From NCBI GenBank assembly GCA_963836235.1, contig CAWIIP010000002.1:1568001-1632000 (forward strand): a DNA stretch of 64,000 nt. Direction: 5' to 3'. Origin of the DNA: an uncultured Pseudomonadota bacterium (GTDB taxonomy: Bacteria > Oederibacteriota > Muellerivitia > Muellerivitales > Muellerivitaceae). The position numbers and the translations under genes were made by a program. The notes under the pieces were generated by a model. That model was given only the letters and a program-made list of their open reading frames with translations. It was not told where the DNA came from and did no database searches. This document shows, one piece after another, positions 41,443 through 50,445 of this stretch (positions within the stretch are counted from its first letter, which is position 1; every line of letters starts with the position of its first letter).

Positions 41443-42003
41443 CTATTGATCGTTCAAACGGCCCAAAGCCGCGTAGGATCGTGGTGAAAACAAAACAATC
41501 AGCCCCATGGAAAAAAATTCCAGGTCCCGAATAACCGACCACCAAGTTGCCTTTTCCGTCGGGTCGGTCAACCCACAGCCGCAATTAATATCCACGTCCC
41601 GAATTAAATCAAAACTAATCGCTAAAGTGTAAAGCGCCATTAAACCACAAAAAAGCAAAGCCGCCCCGCGGTAACGAAAGCCGAATACTAGACAGAGCCC
41701 AGCGAAAAATTCCAGCCAAGGGATAATCACCGAAGTCAGGGGAACCAGATGGGGAGAAAGAATTTGATAATTGGTTATCATTTGAGCGAAAGTCGACGGG
41801 CTTCCTAATTTATCGCCGCTGGCAAAAATAAGGATAAAACCGCAAAGGGCGCGCAAAAAAGTAGCCGTGGCGGCTTCCTGGCTCGAGCCGTTTTCCTCCC
41901 GGGTTGACCGGCTTAATCCATATTTAATAGCCGCCCAAAAGGCCAAAGATAAGAAGCCCAAAAGAGAAAGAACGGGGTCGGTCAAATGAGCCTGAATGTT
42001 CAT
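41443..42003 (-). CDS. MauE/DoxX family membrane protein
   Basis: IPWLEFFAGLCL, DINCGC, RD near C-terminus. Confidence 0.85.
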   Translation of the reverse strand: MNIQAHLTDPVLSLLGFLSLAFWAAIKYGLSRSTREENGSSQEAATATFLRALCGFILIFASGDKLGSPSTFAQMITNYQILSPHLVPLTSVIIPWLEFFAGLCLVFGFRYRGAALLFCGLMALYTLAISFDLIRDVDINCGCGLTDPTEKATWWSVIRDLEFFSMGLIVLFSPRSYAALGRLNDQ

Positions 42004-42629
42004 GGATTTTCACCAAAAGTCAGGGGATAACCGGCTTTTTTCCATTCGGGCCAGCCACCCACAAAAATCTCTACGTGCTTATAGCCCGTCTCCACCAGGG
42101 ACTTGGCTACCAAAAGTGAAAGATCGCAATCCCCCCCGTGGCAATAGGCGATAATTTCTTTATTCTTGTCCGGAATTTGAGGGATGACACTCGGAGCGAA
42201 TTGATCCAGTTCATTGCCATAGAAATTCAAGGCCCCTGATATATGGCCATCCCCGTACTCTTCGGGTTTTCGGGCATCCAGGAAGACGCAATTTTTTTTA
42301 TCGAAACGATCCTTGGCTCCCGCGAGACTGAGGCGGATGATATTGTCCGAAGCGGCAGGGATGGGCGTGGGAGTTACCCGAAGTGTTTCTTGTGGAACGT
42401 TTGAATCAAAGCCGGAAATGGAAATGGGTGCGGAAGGATGAAATCCGGTTTTAGGGATCGGTTTAAATTTAAGCTCAATGCCATCGGCGTAAAAAGCGTT
42501 GAAAAGGACCCCGGAAATTGCAGAGAAAATAAAAATTCCCCAAGCTTGACGGATAACTTGCCGGAAAAAAAGAAGGGATGGGATTTTTAAGATCGTTTTT
42601 GAATCGGCGGAATAACGAGATAGTTTCAT
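42000..42629 (-). CDS. Membrane-anchored rhodanese-domain protein
   Basis: FLDAR, GHISGA, YCHGGDC, GGWPEWKKAGYP; ATGA overlap with the MauE gene. Confidence 0.88.
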   Translation of the reverse strand: MKLSRYSADSKTILKIPSLLFFRQVIRQAWGIFIFSAISGVLFNAFYADGIELKFKPIPKTGFHPSAPISISGFDSNVPQETLRVTPTPIPAASDNIIRLSLAGAKDRFDKKNCVFLDARKPEEYGDGHISGALNFYGNELDQFAPSVIPQIPDKNKEIIAYCHGGDCDLSLLVAKSLVETGYKHVEIFVGGWPEWKKAGYPLTFGENP

Positions 42630-42836
42630 AAGTATTTCTATTGTAGGGTTGAGAATGAATATTTCAAGAAATAGACACGGAATAAAGCAACGACGATTTC
42701 GAGAAACGTTCGAATAGGCCTGAAGTTTGAGGGGTTTAATCGAAAAGCAATTTACGGCCGGTTTTTCCTTCTTGAATTCTTCTGGTTGAACCCCGAATTA
42801 AATGTAGAATAAGCCCCGAATTTCAAGGAGTTTCCC

Positions 42837-43946
42837 ATGGCCGACCAATTCAAGATATCCCGTCAAAATATTTTTGTCATTGCTTTCTTCGTTTTTTTGA
42901 TCGGGCTTTTAAGCCTTCTTTTTTCCCTCTTGGAGCCTTTCCTCCGGTCTTTCGTTTGGGCCACCATTTTCGTTATGGTTTTTTACCCATTTTATTCCTG
43001 GCTTTACCACCAGACGGGAAGGCGTTCGAGCCTGGCGGCCTTTATTTCCACCCTTGTCGTGCTGGCTTTCCTTGCCTTGCCTGGCTTTTTTATTGTCATC
43101 AATCTTGGAAGGGAACTTCCTAAAGCTTACGCTTTCCTTTCCACGGCCCAATGGGATGAAACAAGCCAATGGTTCATGGGGAAACTGAAAGATTTCAACG
43201 TCGGATCTTGGCTTCAAAATTGGGGGATCGACTCGAGCCAATATGAAGCCGTCATTCAAAAGCAAATTTCCACGGCCTTAGAGAATTTTTCCCACTTGGT
43301 CTTACAAAAATTTTCTGAGGCTTTTCAAAACATCGCCGGATTTTCCTTGGAGGTGGCTTTCGTTTGCGTCGCTCTTTTCTTCTTTTTTCGGGATGGGGCC
43401 CGGCTGGCCTTGCGGGTGACGGAATTATTGCCGCTTGAAAAGAACCACCGACAAAAAGTTGTTCATACCTTTTCCGTGACGGTAACGGCGGTAGTGCGGG
43501 CCATTTTTCTTACCGCTTTGGCCCAGGGTTTCATGGCGGGAATAGGTTTTGTGGTGGCGGGTGTGCCGGTTCCCATTCTTTTAGGGTTGGTGGCTTTCGT
43601 AAACTCGTTTATTCCTTTTCTCGGAGCCGCTTCCGTTTGGGTTCCGGTGGCGGTATGGCTTATTTATCAAGGCCATAGCATTGCGGCGGTGGGACTCATT
43701 CTTTGGGGCATTGTTATCACGTTTGTGGATTATGTGTTGAAGCCTTGGATTATAGGGAGCGAGGCCAAGCTACCCCTTTTCTGGCTATTCTTCACCACTA
43801 TCGGCGGTTTGAAGGTTTATGGCATTTTGGGGATATTCCTGGGTCCGATTATTCTTTCCCTGGGAATGGCTTTTCTAGCTATTTATCGTGAAGTCTACTT
43901 GGATTTGAAAAAACCGCTTTCCCACCGGGGGAGCGCTGAATCCTAG
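42837..43946 (+). CDS. AI-2E family transporter
   Basis: FFFFRDG, IPFLGA, D.VLKP.IIG, GG...YGILGIFLGP. Confidence 0.9.
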   Translation: MADQFKISRQNIFVIAFFVFLIGLLSLLFSLLEPFLRSFVWATIFVMVFYPFYSWLYHQTGRRSSLAAFISTLVVLAFLALPGFFIVINLGRELPKAYAFLSTAQWDETSQWFMGKLKDFNVGSWLQNWGIDSSQYEAVIQKQISTALENFSHLVLQKFSEAFQNIAGFSLEVAFVCVALFFFFRDGARLALRVTELLPLEKNHRQKVVHTFSVTVTAVVRAIFLTALAQGFMAGIGFVVAGVPVPILLGLVAFVNSFIPFLGAASVWVPVAVWLIYQGHSIAAVGLILWGIVITFVDYVLKPWIIGSEAKLPLFWLFFTTIGGLKVYGILGIFLGPIILSLGMAFLAIYREVYLDLKKPLSHRGSAES

Positions 43947-44061
43947 GGCTTAAATCTTTTTTTTTTAACGAAAAGGTTTTTTATTTTTCGGACGATTGCT
44001 TTCTACATAAAGATTGACCAAAAATGATGTGAAATCCACTCTTCTTTTTCTAGGAGCAACT

Positions 44062-45204
44062 ATGCGCTACCGTTGGCTGGGAAACACCGGGCTTCGAGTA
44101 AGTGAAATCGGTTTTGGGGCTTGGGCCATCGGCGGAAAATGGTGGGGTCCCCAGGATGATATGGACTCCCGTTTGGCCCTTCATAAGGCATTAGATATGG
44201 GTTGTACCTTTATCGATACCGCTTGGGTTTACGGAGATGGGCACAGTGAAAAGTTAATTGGTTCAGTCCTCAAAGATCGCCACGAACGGCCAGTGATTGC
44301 CACGAAGGTGCCCCCCAAAAATTGGAATTGGGATAATCGGCCTGGCACCCCTCTTTCGGAGACTTTCCCCTCGGGGTGGGTGGTCTCCAAAGCCGAGGAA
44401 TCCCTTCAGAATTTGGGAGTAGACTGCCTGGATGTCCTGCAAATGCATACTTGGCTCCAGGATTGGAACCACCAGGCGGAACCTCTTTTGGCGACGGTTG
44501 CCCGTTTGAAGCGAGAAGGGAAGATACGCGCGTTTGGCATTTCTTTAAGGGACAAGGGGCCGGAAGAAGCCAATGATCTCATCCGTTGGCGGCAGGTGGA
44601 CAGCCTCCAGATATTTTTCAACCTTTTTTACCAGGACCCTATTTGGAAGGTTTTTCCCCTGGCCCAACAATATGGGGTGGGTGTCATTGCCCGGGTTCCC
44701 TTGGCTTTCGGCGCATTGAGCGGACGCTTTACACCGAAGACCCGCTTTTATGGGGACGACCATCGACGGAATCTTTATTCCGGTGAAGGTTTGAAGGACA
44801 CTTTGAAAAAAGTAGAAAAATTGAAATTTCTTTCCTCGAAATCCATGCCCCTCAGCGAAGCGGCGATTAAGTGGACCTTAAACTATCCGGCGGTTTCAAC
44901 TTCTATACCCGGCATCCGTAACTTAAACCAAGCGGCGGTTAATTGCGCGGCAGGCGATGGAGAAAAGGTTTCATCTTCAACTGTCCAAAAATCCGAAAAG
45001 CTATACAAGGTTAATTTCGGCCTCCCGGTCAAGACCTTATCCTCCGACGAAGGAATCCAAGCTGTTTTCATGTCCGGTATCCGTTTGGCGGCACTCTCCA
45101 ATAAGAAGTTGAAAAAGGGGTCGGCGAAAAAAACGGGTTCAGGAAAATCCCCCAAATTGCGGAAGGCGGTAAAAAAAAGCCGTCCCAAAAAGAAAAAAAA
45201 GTGA
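44062..45204 (+). CDS. Aldo/keto reductase with Lys-rich C-terminal tail
   Basis: MRYRWLGNTGLRVSEIGFGAWAIGG, FIDTAWVYG, ATK; AGGAG before 44062. Confidence 0.92.
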   Translation: MRYRWLGNTGLRVSEIGFGAWAIGGKWWGPQDDMDSRLALHKALDMGCTFIDTAWVYGDGHSEKLIGSVLKDRHERPVIATKVPPKNWNWDNRPGTPLSETFPSGWVVSKAEESLQNLGVDCLDVLQMHTWLQDWNHQAEPLLATVARLKREGKIRAFGISLRDKGPEEANDLIRWRQVDSLQIFFNLFYQDPIWKVFPLAQQYGVGVIARVPLAFGALSGRFTPKTRFYGDDHRRNLYSGEGLKDTLKKVEKLKFLSSKSMPLSEAAIKWTLNYPAVSTSIPGIRNLNQAAVNCAAGDGEKVSSSTVQKSEKLYKVNFGLPVKTLSSDEGIQAVFMSGIRLAALSNKKLKKGSAKKTGSGKSPKLRKAVKKSRPKKKKK

Positions 45205-45758
45205 TCAAACCGTGGAAAAAGAATAAACAATCCGTGGACTATGACTGTGGTTTTTTCCAAGTCCAGGTGCACCAAAGCGCCTCCCCTACGACAGGTAAGG
45301 AACATCCTTTTTATGTTCTTTCGACAAGAAATTGGACCAATATTGTCGCGCTCACCCAGGATAAAAAAATGCTAATGGTTTCCCAATACCGACATGGAAC
45401 GGGCGAGGTAAGTTTGGAAATTCCCGGTGGGGCCGTGGACCTTCAGGAAGAACCCTTGAAAGCCGCCCAAAGGGAATTACGGGAAGAAACTGGTTACGAA
45501 TCCTCCCAATGGCATTTTCTTGGGCAAGTGCGCCCCAATCCGGCCATCTTGAGCAACACCTGTTACTTATATTTGGCTTTGGACGCAAAACATGTGGCGG
45601 ATTTGGATTTGGACGAAGCGGAAGAACTGGAAGTTAGCCTGCATGACTTGAACGAAATTTCCAGCCTTATTCGAAGTGGCAAAATCCAACATTCTCTAGT
45701 AGTCGCCGCTTTCCATTTATTTGATCTTTTCCAAAAAGAAAATCCTGGCAAAGTTTAA
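45201..45758 (+). CDS. NUDIX hydrolase (ADP-ribose pyrophosphatase-like)
   Basis: QYRHG...LEIPGG...AAQRELREETG Nudix box. Confidence 0.92.
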   Translation: MIKPWKKNKQSVDYDCGFFQVQVHQSASPTTGKEHPFYVLSTRNWTNIVALTQDKKMLMVSQYRHGTGEVSLEIPGGAVDLQEEPLKAAQRELREETGYESSQWHFLGQVRPNPAILSNTCYLYLALDAKHVADLDLDEAEELEVSLHDLNEISSLIRSGKIQHSLVVAAFHLFDLFQKENPGKV

Positions 45759-45915
45759 AAAAACAATTTTAGTCTTTCTTTCCGCCTAATCTGTTAAACA
45801 GTTCAGGGCGGAAAAAGAAAAACCCTAAAGACCCACTTGCGGGCTTTTCAAAAGAGGAGTAGCGTAGTTTCACGATTCCTTTCCAATGTTCGTCATAATA
45901 TGAAAGAGGTGTTTT

Positions 45916-46500
45916 ATGTCCCGTATTTGTGTTTTCATCGATGGAAGCAATCTTTATTTCGCCCTCAAGCGTAATAATAAGATGACCCGGGTGGATTATT
46001 ACCAATTTTCACTCGCGCTCACGGGAGAGCGCAGAAAGCTGGTCCGAACTTACTATTACAACGCGGTGTTTGACGCGGCCCATTTTTCCGACAAGGCTAA
46101 AAGCCAGCAATCTTTTTTTGATTCCCTCGACCGTACGCCTTATTTGGAGCTTCGGCTCGGACGCATTATCCAAAACCGGGAAGGCCACCGAATGGAGAAG
46201 GGCGTGGATGTGCGCATGGCCGCCGACATGGTTTATTACGCCGCCCGGGATTTTTACGACACGGCCATCGTGGTGACCGAGGACCAGGATTTTTCCCCCG
46301 CGATGGGGCTGGTCAAGGAACTGGGCAAGCACGTGGAACTGGCGGTGTTTCCAGACGCTCAAAGCCGGGAAATGATCCGGGTAGCGGATAAGATTTTAAG
46401 TTTGGATGAAATCGTTAACGGCCAGGCGGCCCATATTTTCCCACCGTCCCAAAATGCGGAAGACCGCGCGCCGGACGCGGAAATGGCATTCGGCGTTTAA
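45916..46500 (+). CDS. NYN domain (LabA/DUF88) protein
   Basis: FIDGSNLY, EKGVDV, TEDQDF. Confidence 0.9.
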   Translation: MSRICVFIDGSNLYFALKRNNKMTRVDYYQFSLALTGERRKLVRTYYYNAVFDAAHFSDKAKSQQSFFDSLDRTPYLELRLGRIIQNREGHRMEKGVDVRMAADMVYYAARDFYDTAIVVTEDQDFSPAMGLVKELGKHVELAVFPDAQSREMIRVADKILSLDEIVNGQAAHIFPPSQNAEDRAPDAEMAFGV

Positions 46501-46643
46501 AAGGATGCTGAAAAAGTCTGAAAAACAGACTTTTTCCTTTATGCGAACGAGCCACGGGTAATAAAACCTATATTTTTAGTGGTTCGTTCCATTCCATGGC
46601 TGTCGACAAGGCGCTGAAAAATACATTTTCAGCGCCTTGTTAA
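46497..46643. mobile_element. 147-bp TTAA-bounded MITE-like structured repeat, copy 2
   Basis: TTAA-AAGGATGCTGAAAA...TTTTCAGCGCCTTG-TTAA; collinear with 10908-11054. Confidence 0.7.
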
Positions 46644-46704
46644 ATTTTACAATCATTTAATTTTTGGAAAATATTTAAAAGTCCGCTTTGTGGACTTTTT
46701 GTTT

Positions 46705-47676
46705 TTAAGACAGTTTGTTTCTAAAAAGATCCAATTGTTTGTCTCCAAAAAGGGCCCTCCACCTCGTCCTCAACCTCCATTTTTCCCTGAAAAATTTTAT
46801 TTTTCCATAAAGCGATTCAATGTAGCTTTCCGGGGGATAAGCCCTGGAGCCGTAAAGCTTCAAGGTTTGTTCAAAAGCGGACCTGTCATATTTTTTTAGC
46901 ACATGATAATAGTAGCCTTTCACCACTTGTCCTCGAAGCCTCAGAACGTTGTAAACAAAATAATCCACCCCTATTTCAGCCGCCTTTTGAACCATTCCTT
47001 CGATCGCTTCATCAGTGTCGGTTACGAAGGGGATGATAGGCATGAGGTGGATACCGCAGGGGATTCCATGGGCCTTTAACCGGCGAAGGGCTTCGAGGCG
47101 CCTCTCAATAGGAACCGCGTGGGGTTCCAAAAATTTTTGTAAAACCGGATTCAAGGTGGTCAAGGTCATGGCCACGCCCCCATCCGCCCGGTCCACCACG
47201 TCCTTTAAAACGTCCAAGTCCCTCAAGACCAAATCCGACTTAGTCGAAAAAACAGCCGGCCAAGCGTATTTGGCCAAAAGTTTGAAAGCACCCCGCGCCA
47301 GACCGTATTTTTTTTCCGCGGGTTGGTAGGGATCGGTGGCGGCTCCTAGGCTGATCCAGTCCCTTTTCCGCCGGGGGTTTGAAAGTTCCAGTTCGAGAAC
47401 CTCCAACAGATTGACTTTGACCTGAATTTTCCTTTGGAAATCAAAAGAGTTTTGGAAACCCAGAAACCAATGGGTGTAGCGGGCGAAGCAAAAGGGGCAG
47501 CCATGGCGGCAACCTCGGTATAAGTTAAGGGTGTAGTAAAAAGGTTTGGAACTGTAAGGCAGCCGGGTGTGGTGAAGGGCGGATTTTACCTTTATTTCGA
47601 TGTATTCCACTTCCCGGGGATCATCATCCACTTCGGTATAAGTGGGCGAAAAAGAAGTTGAAAGGGGAGGTTCCAT
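46705..47676 (-). CDS. Radical SAM protein, SplB/Rv2578c-like
   Basis: NLYRGCRHGCPFCFAR, TDPYQPAE, TKSDLVLRDLD. Confidence 0.9.
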   Translation of the reverse strand: MEPPLSTSFSPTYTEVDDDPREVEYIEIKVKSALHHTRLPYSSKPFYYTLNLYRGCRHGCPFCFARYTHWFLGFQNSFDFQRKIQVKVNLLEVLELELSNPRRKRDWISLGAATDPYQPAEKKYGLARGAFKLLAKYAWPAVFSTKSDLVLRDLDVLKDVVDRADGGVAMTLTTLNPVLQKFLEPHAVPIERRLEALRRLKAHGIPCGIHLMPIIPFVTDTDEAIEGMVQKAAEIGVDYFVYNVLRLRGQVVKGYYYHVLKKYDRSAFEQTLKLYGSRAYPPESYIESLYGKIKFFREKWRLRTRWRALFGDKQLDLFRNKLS

Positions 47677-47703
47677 CAATAAAACCGCCGGAAGGAAAAA
47701 CAG

Positions 47704-48210
47704 TTATTTGGTGAAGCTGGAGTTTCGATAAAAAAAGAAAAGGTTGGGGGAAAGTCCGCCCGACAGTTGAAGACTTTGATGGATTCGTTCGGCGGTTCGC
47801 AGAAAAGACTCTGTGGATTCAGAAAGTTTTTCGGAAGTAATCAATTTAATCCATCGTGGTTCCTCATCCCAAAATTCCCCCCCGCGGTCTCCGGTAGGCG
47901 CAGATTTTTCTTTCAGAAAGGTTAGAAATTCGGAAAGAGAAAAAGATCCTTTCAGGGTAACTCGGGTGGAAAGCCCCTTTGGCCAAATGAGAAAATCCAA
48001 AAGCTCATACTGTCCCAATAGCTCGCCTTTTAACAGCGACTGAACTAGATGGTGGGCGGCTGGAAGTTCCTTTAGCAACGGACGAGAAGATGCCGTTCGT
48101 AGCGCAATCTCGTAAGTGAAATTTTCTTTAGAGAAAGAATAACGAAAAGGTGTTTCCCGCGCTTGCGGAAGCAGGGGAACCGAATAATAAGGCATAGACA
48201 TCTCCACCAT
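47704..48210 (-). CDS. Hypothetical protein resembling an inactivated Y1 (IS200/RAYT) transposase
   Basis: TYEIALRT...RPLL, YELLDFLIWPKGL, SLSEFL..LK..SA, GEFW track RAYT blocks, but the HUH histidines are absent. Confidence 0.55.
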   Translation of the reverse strand: MVEMSMPYYSVPLLPQARETPFRYSFSKENFTYEIALRTASSRPLLKELPAAHHLVQSLLKGELLGQYELLDFLIWPKGLSTRVTLKGSFSLSEFLTFLKEKSAPTGDRGGEFWDEEPRWIKLITSEKLSESTESFLRTAERIHQSLQLSGGLSPNLFFFYRNSSFTK

Positions 48211-48240
48211 TATTTTTAAGTTTCAAAGTCAAAACGTCCA

Positions 48241-48858
48241 TTAACGGGGGCTAAAGACACCCACGACTTTCCCGATGATCCGGAAATCCTGGCCCTCGGA
48301 AATCACGATAGGTGAATATTTTGGGTTAGCGGGTTCCAAAATCACTTTAGAACTGGTCTTGCGGAAGGTCTTTACCGTGGCTTCACCTTCAATGAGCGCT
48401 ACTACGATTTCCCCGGGCGAGGCATGGGTGGTCTGCTGCACGATCACCTTGTCGCCGGGAAGAATATGGGCGTTCAACATCGAATCGCCCCGAACCGTCA
48501 GGGCGAAAAGGTTTCGACCACCGCGCGCCATAGAAGGGTCCACGACCATGGTTCCCTCGCGGTTTTCCTCGGCCAACAAGGGTAAGCCAGCCGCTACCTT
48601 TCCTAAGATAGGAATGGAAACGCCGACGGAGGAATCGTCCACGATTTTCAACCCGCGGGCCGTATGATCCTCCCGTTCGAGATAGCCTTTTTCCTCGAGG
48701 GCCAGTAAATGTTTTCGGGCGCTTTGGGGTGAGTTCCATTTGAAGTGCCGCATGACTTCCCGCACCGTCGGAGGACGGTGGGTTTGGGTGAGATGTTCTT
48801 GGACGTAGTTCAGCACATCCCTTTGAATGTTGGTCAAGGTTTCGTCGGATGGCGCCAT
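48241..48858 (-). CDS. lexA: SOS repressor LexA
   Basis: PPTVRE HTH, VAAG cleavage site, VRGDSM (Ser), ATVK (Lys); GGAGG before ATG at 48858. Confidence 0.96.
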   Translation of the reverse strand: MAPSDETLTNIQRDVLNYVQEHLTQTHRPPTVREVMRHFKWNSPQSARKHLLALEEKGYLEREDHTARGLKIVDDSSVGVSIPILGKVAAGLPLLAEENREGTMVVDPSMARGGRNLFALTVRGDSMLNAHILPGDKVIVQQTTHASPGEIVVALIEGEATVKTFRKTSSKVILEPANPKYSPIVISEGQDFRIIGKVVGVFSPR

Positions 48859-48882
48859 CTTGTTCCTCCGGTTAAAATTTTC

Positions 48883-48932
48883 TTGAAAAAGAATACGGCT
48901 GTATACTAGTATACGAGTGTATTCTTCGTCAA
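48883..48932. promoter_or_regulatory. Symmetric divergent lexA/radC promoter with two candidate LexA boxes (ATAC-N4-GTAT)
   Basis: TTGAAA AAGAATAC ggct GTATACTAGTATAC gagt GTATTCTT CGTCAA. Confidence 0.7.
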
Positions 48933-48953
48933 GCAAAAAAAGGGGTGCAAATC

Positions 48954-49682
48954 ATGGTGGAATTGGACATACAAAAAAACCTGAGCGTGGAAATCGCGAG
49001 GGAAAAGGGACTCTCCTACCAGGGACATCGCCGGCGCCTCAAGGAAAAATACGCCGCCGCGGGGGTTTCGGCCCTCCAGGATTACGAGCTTCTCGAACTG
49101 CTGCTTTCCTTTTCCATCCCGCACCGGGACACCAAACCTTACGCGAAAAAGCTGTTGGCGGTTTTTCAAAACGTCCGCCGGATATTGGAGGCGGATTCAG
49201 CCTCCCTCCAAACCCTTGGGGAATTGCCCCCCCAAAGCGCCTTGCATTTTAAGGCTATCGGGGACCTATACCGTCTGGCGAACCAAGAGGGTTTCAAGCG
49301 GGGAAGGATGATCACGAGCCCCGAGGACGTGGCTTCCTTCCTAAAGGAACAAATCGGCAGCCGTCCCCGGGAGGTTTTTACCGCCATCTTCCTGGACCAC
49401 CGGAACCACTTGTTGGCCTTCGAGCATCTACAGGAAGGAACCGTCGATCATACGGCGGTCTATCCCCGCGAGATTCTCAAGCGCGCCCTGGAACTGCACG
49501 CCACGGGCCTGATCCTCTCCCACAACCATCCGGCGGGAAGTTTGGAACCATCCGAGGGCGACAAGCAATTGACGAGGCAGGTTTTGGCCGCCGCCCGGGC
49601 CATGGGCATCACGGTGCATGATCATCTCATCTTAACCACCGAGGGGCACTTTTCCTTCCGGCAGGCGGGATTGTTGGTTTAG
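48954..49682 (+). CDS. radC: RadC family JAB-domain protein
   Basis: GHRRRLK, LQDYELLELLL, VYPREI, HNHPAGSLEPSEGD, VHDH. Confidence 0.95.
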   Translation: MVELDIQKNLSVEIAREKGLSYQGHRRRLKEKYAAAGVSALQDYELLELLLSFSIPHRDTKPYAKKLLAVFQNVRRILEADSASLQTLGELPPQSALHFKAIGDLYRLANQEGFKRGRMITSPEDVASFLKEQIGSRPREVFTAIFLDHRNHLLAFEHLQEGTVDHTAVYPREILKRALELHATGLILSHNHPAGSLEPSEGDKQLTRQVLAAARAMGITVHDHLILTTEGHFSFRQAGLLV

Positions 49683-49727
49683 GGCCGGGCGCTCGATTTT
49701 AAAAATTAATTCAAGGAGGGTCTTTTT

Positions 49728-50066
49728 ATGGAAGAAGCCGCGATGAAAGTTGTTTTGATGGTTGATCTTTTTCAAAAGGTCAAAAAGCGTGTGCCTCAAC
49801 ATTGGCGGGAAGTGAAGGATTGCATCTCCGGATTGGGATACCCGGTGGAACTCTCGGAGTTTCATGAGCTGAAGATTGAGGCGCTGTCCCACCAAAAATT
49901 ACTGATCGAATATTCGGTTTTCACCGGCGAAAACGAATGGACGCCCTGTCGTAAATTGGAAATGACTTCTTTTGACGACGAGTTAACGAGGCGGGATGGG
50001 GTTCTTTCCAAATTGAAACTGGAGAGCTTTGACCCAACCTGGGTGGAAGAATTGCAATTTTCATAA
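49728..50066 (+). CDS. Hypothetical protein, paralog of the next gene
   Basis: AAGGAGG upstream; aligns by eye with 50088-50441. Confidence 0.7.
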   Translation: MEEAAMKVVLMVDLFQKVKKRVPQHWREVKDCISGLGYPVELSEFHELKIEALSHQKLLIEYSVFTGENEWTPCRKLEMTSFDDELTRRDGVLSKLKLESFDPTWVEELQFS

Positions 50067-50087
50067 ATCGAAAAGGGAGGCCGCGGA

Positions 50088-50441
50088 ATGGAAAGGGATA
50101 AGAATCTTTATAAGGTCTTGATGATGTCGGGTATTTTTCGCTTGGATCACGGCTGCTGGCCGCAAAGCGCCGCCGAGCTGAAGGTTTTTACCGAGCAAAA
50201 GGGATGGAACCTGGATTTCTCGCCCTATTACAAGCTGACATTCCAAACCGACGACTGGCGCTGTCTGGTGGTTGAAGTGTCGTGGCTGGAAGATGGGGAT
50301 TGGCTGACGCGCCGCCGGTTTGAAATTGAGCCTTATTTCTTCGAGAAGGGTTTGGAACAGAGCATCCCTTTGAGGATTCGCTCCCGGGCATTGCCCCCGC
50401 ACAAGGCGGAGATTAAAACCTATTGCCCTTTGGCTTCCTAA
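50088..50441 (+). CDS. Hypothetical protein, paralog of the previous gene
   Basis: GGGAGG upstream; FRLDHGCWPQSAAEL motif. Confidence 0.7.
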   Translation: MERDKNLYKVLMMSGIFRLDHGCWPQSAAELKVFTEQKGWNLDFSPYYKLTFQTDDWRCLVVEVSWLEDGDWLTRRRFEIEPYFFEKGLEQSIPLRIRSRALPPHKAEIKTYCPLAS

Positions 50442-50445
50442 ATCC

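Noticed and set aside
48859-48936. N-terminal extension of LexA in the ORF track
   Set aside because: It overlaps the promoter dyad; GGAGG supports the ATG at 48858.
45916-49682. NYN + RadC as an anti-phage or mobile island
   Set aside because: Full-length chromosomal-type RadC and an ordinary LabA-type NYN; no integrase, ubiquitin-like or other defence genes nearby.
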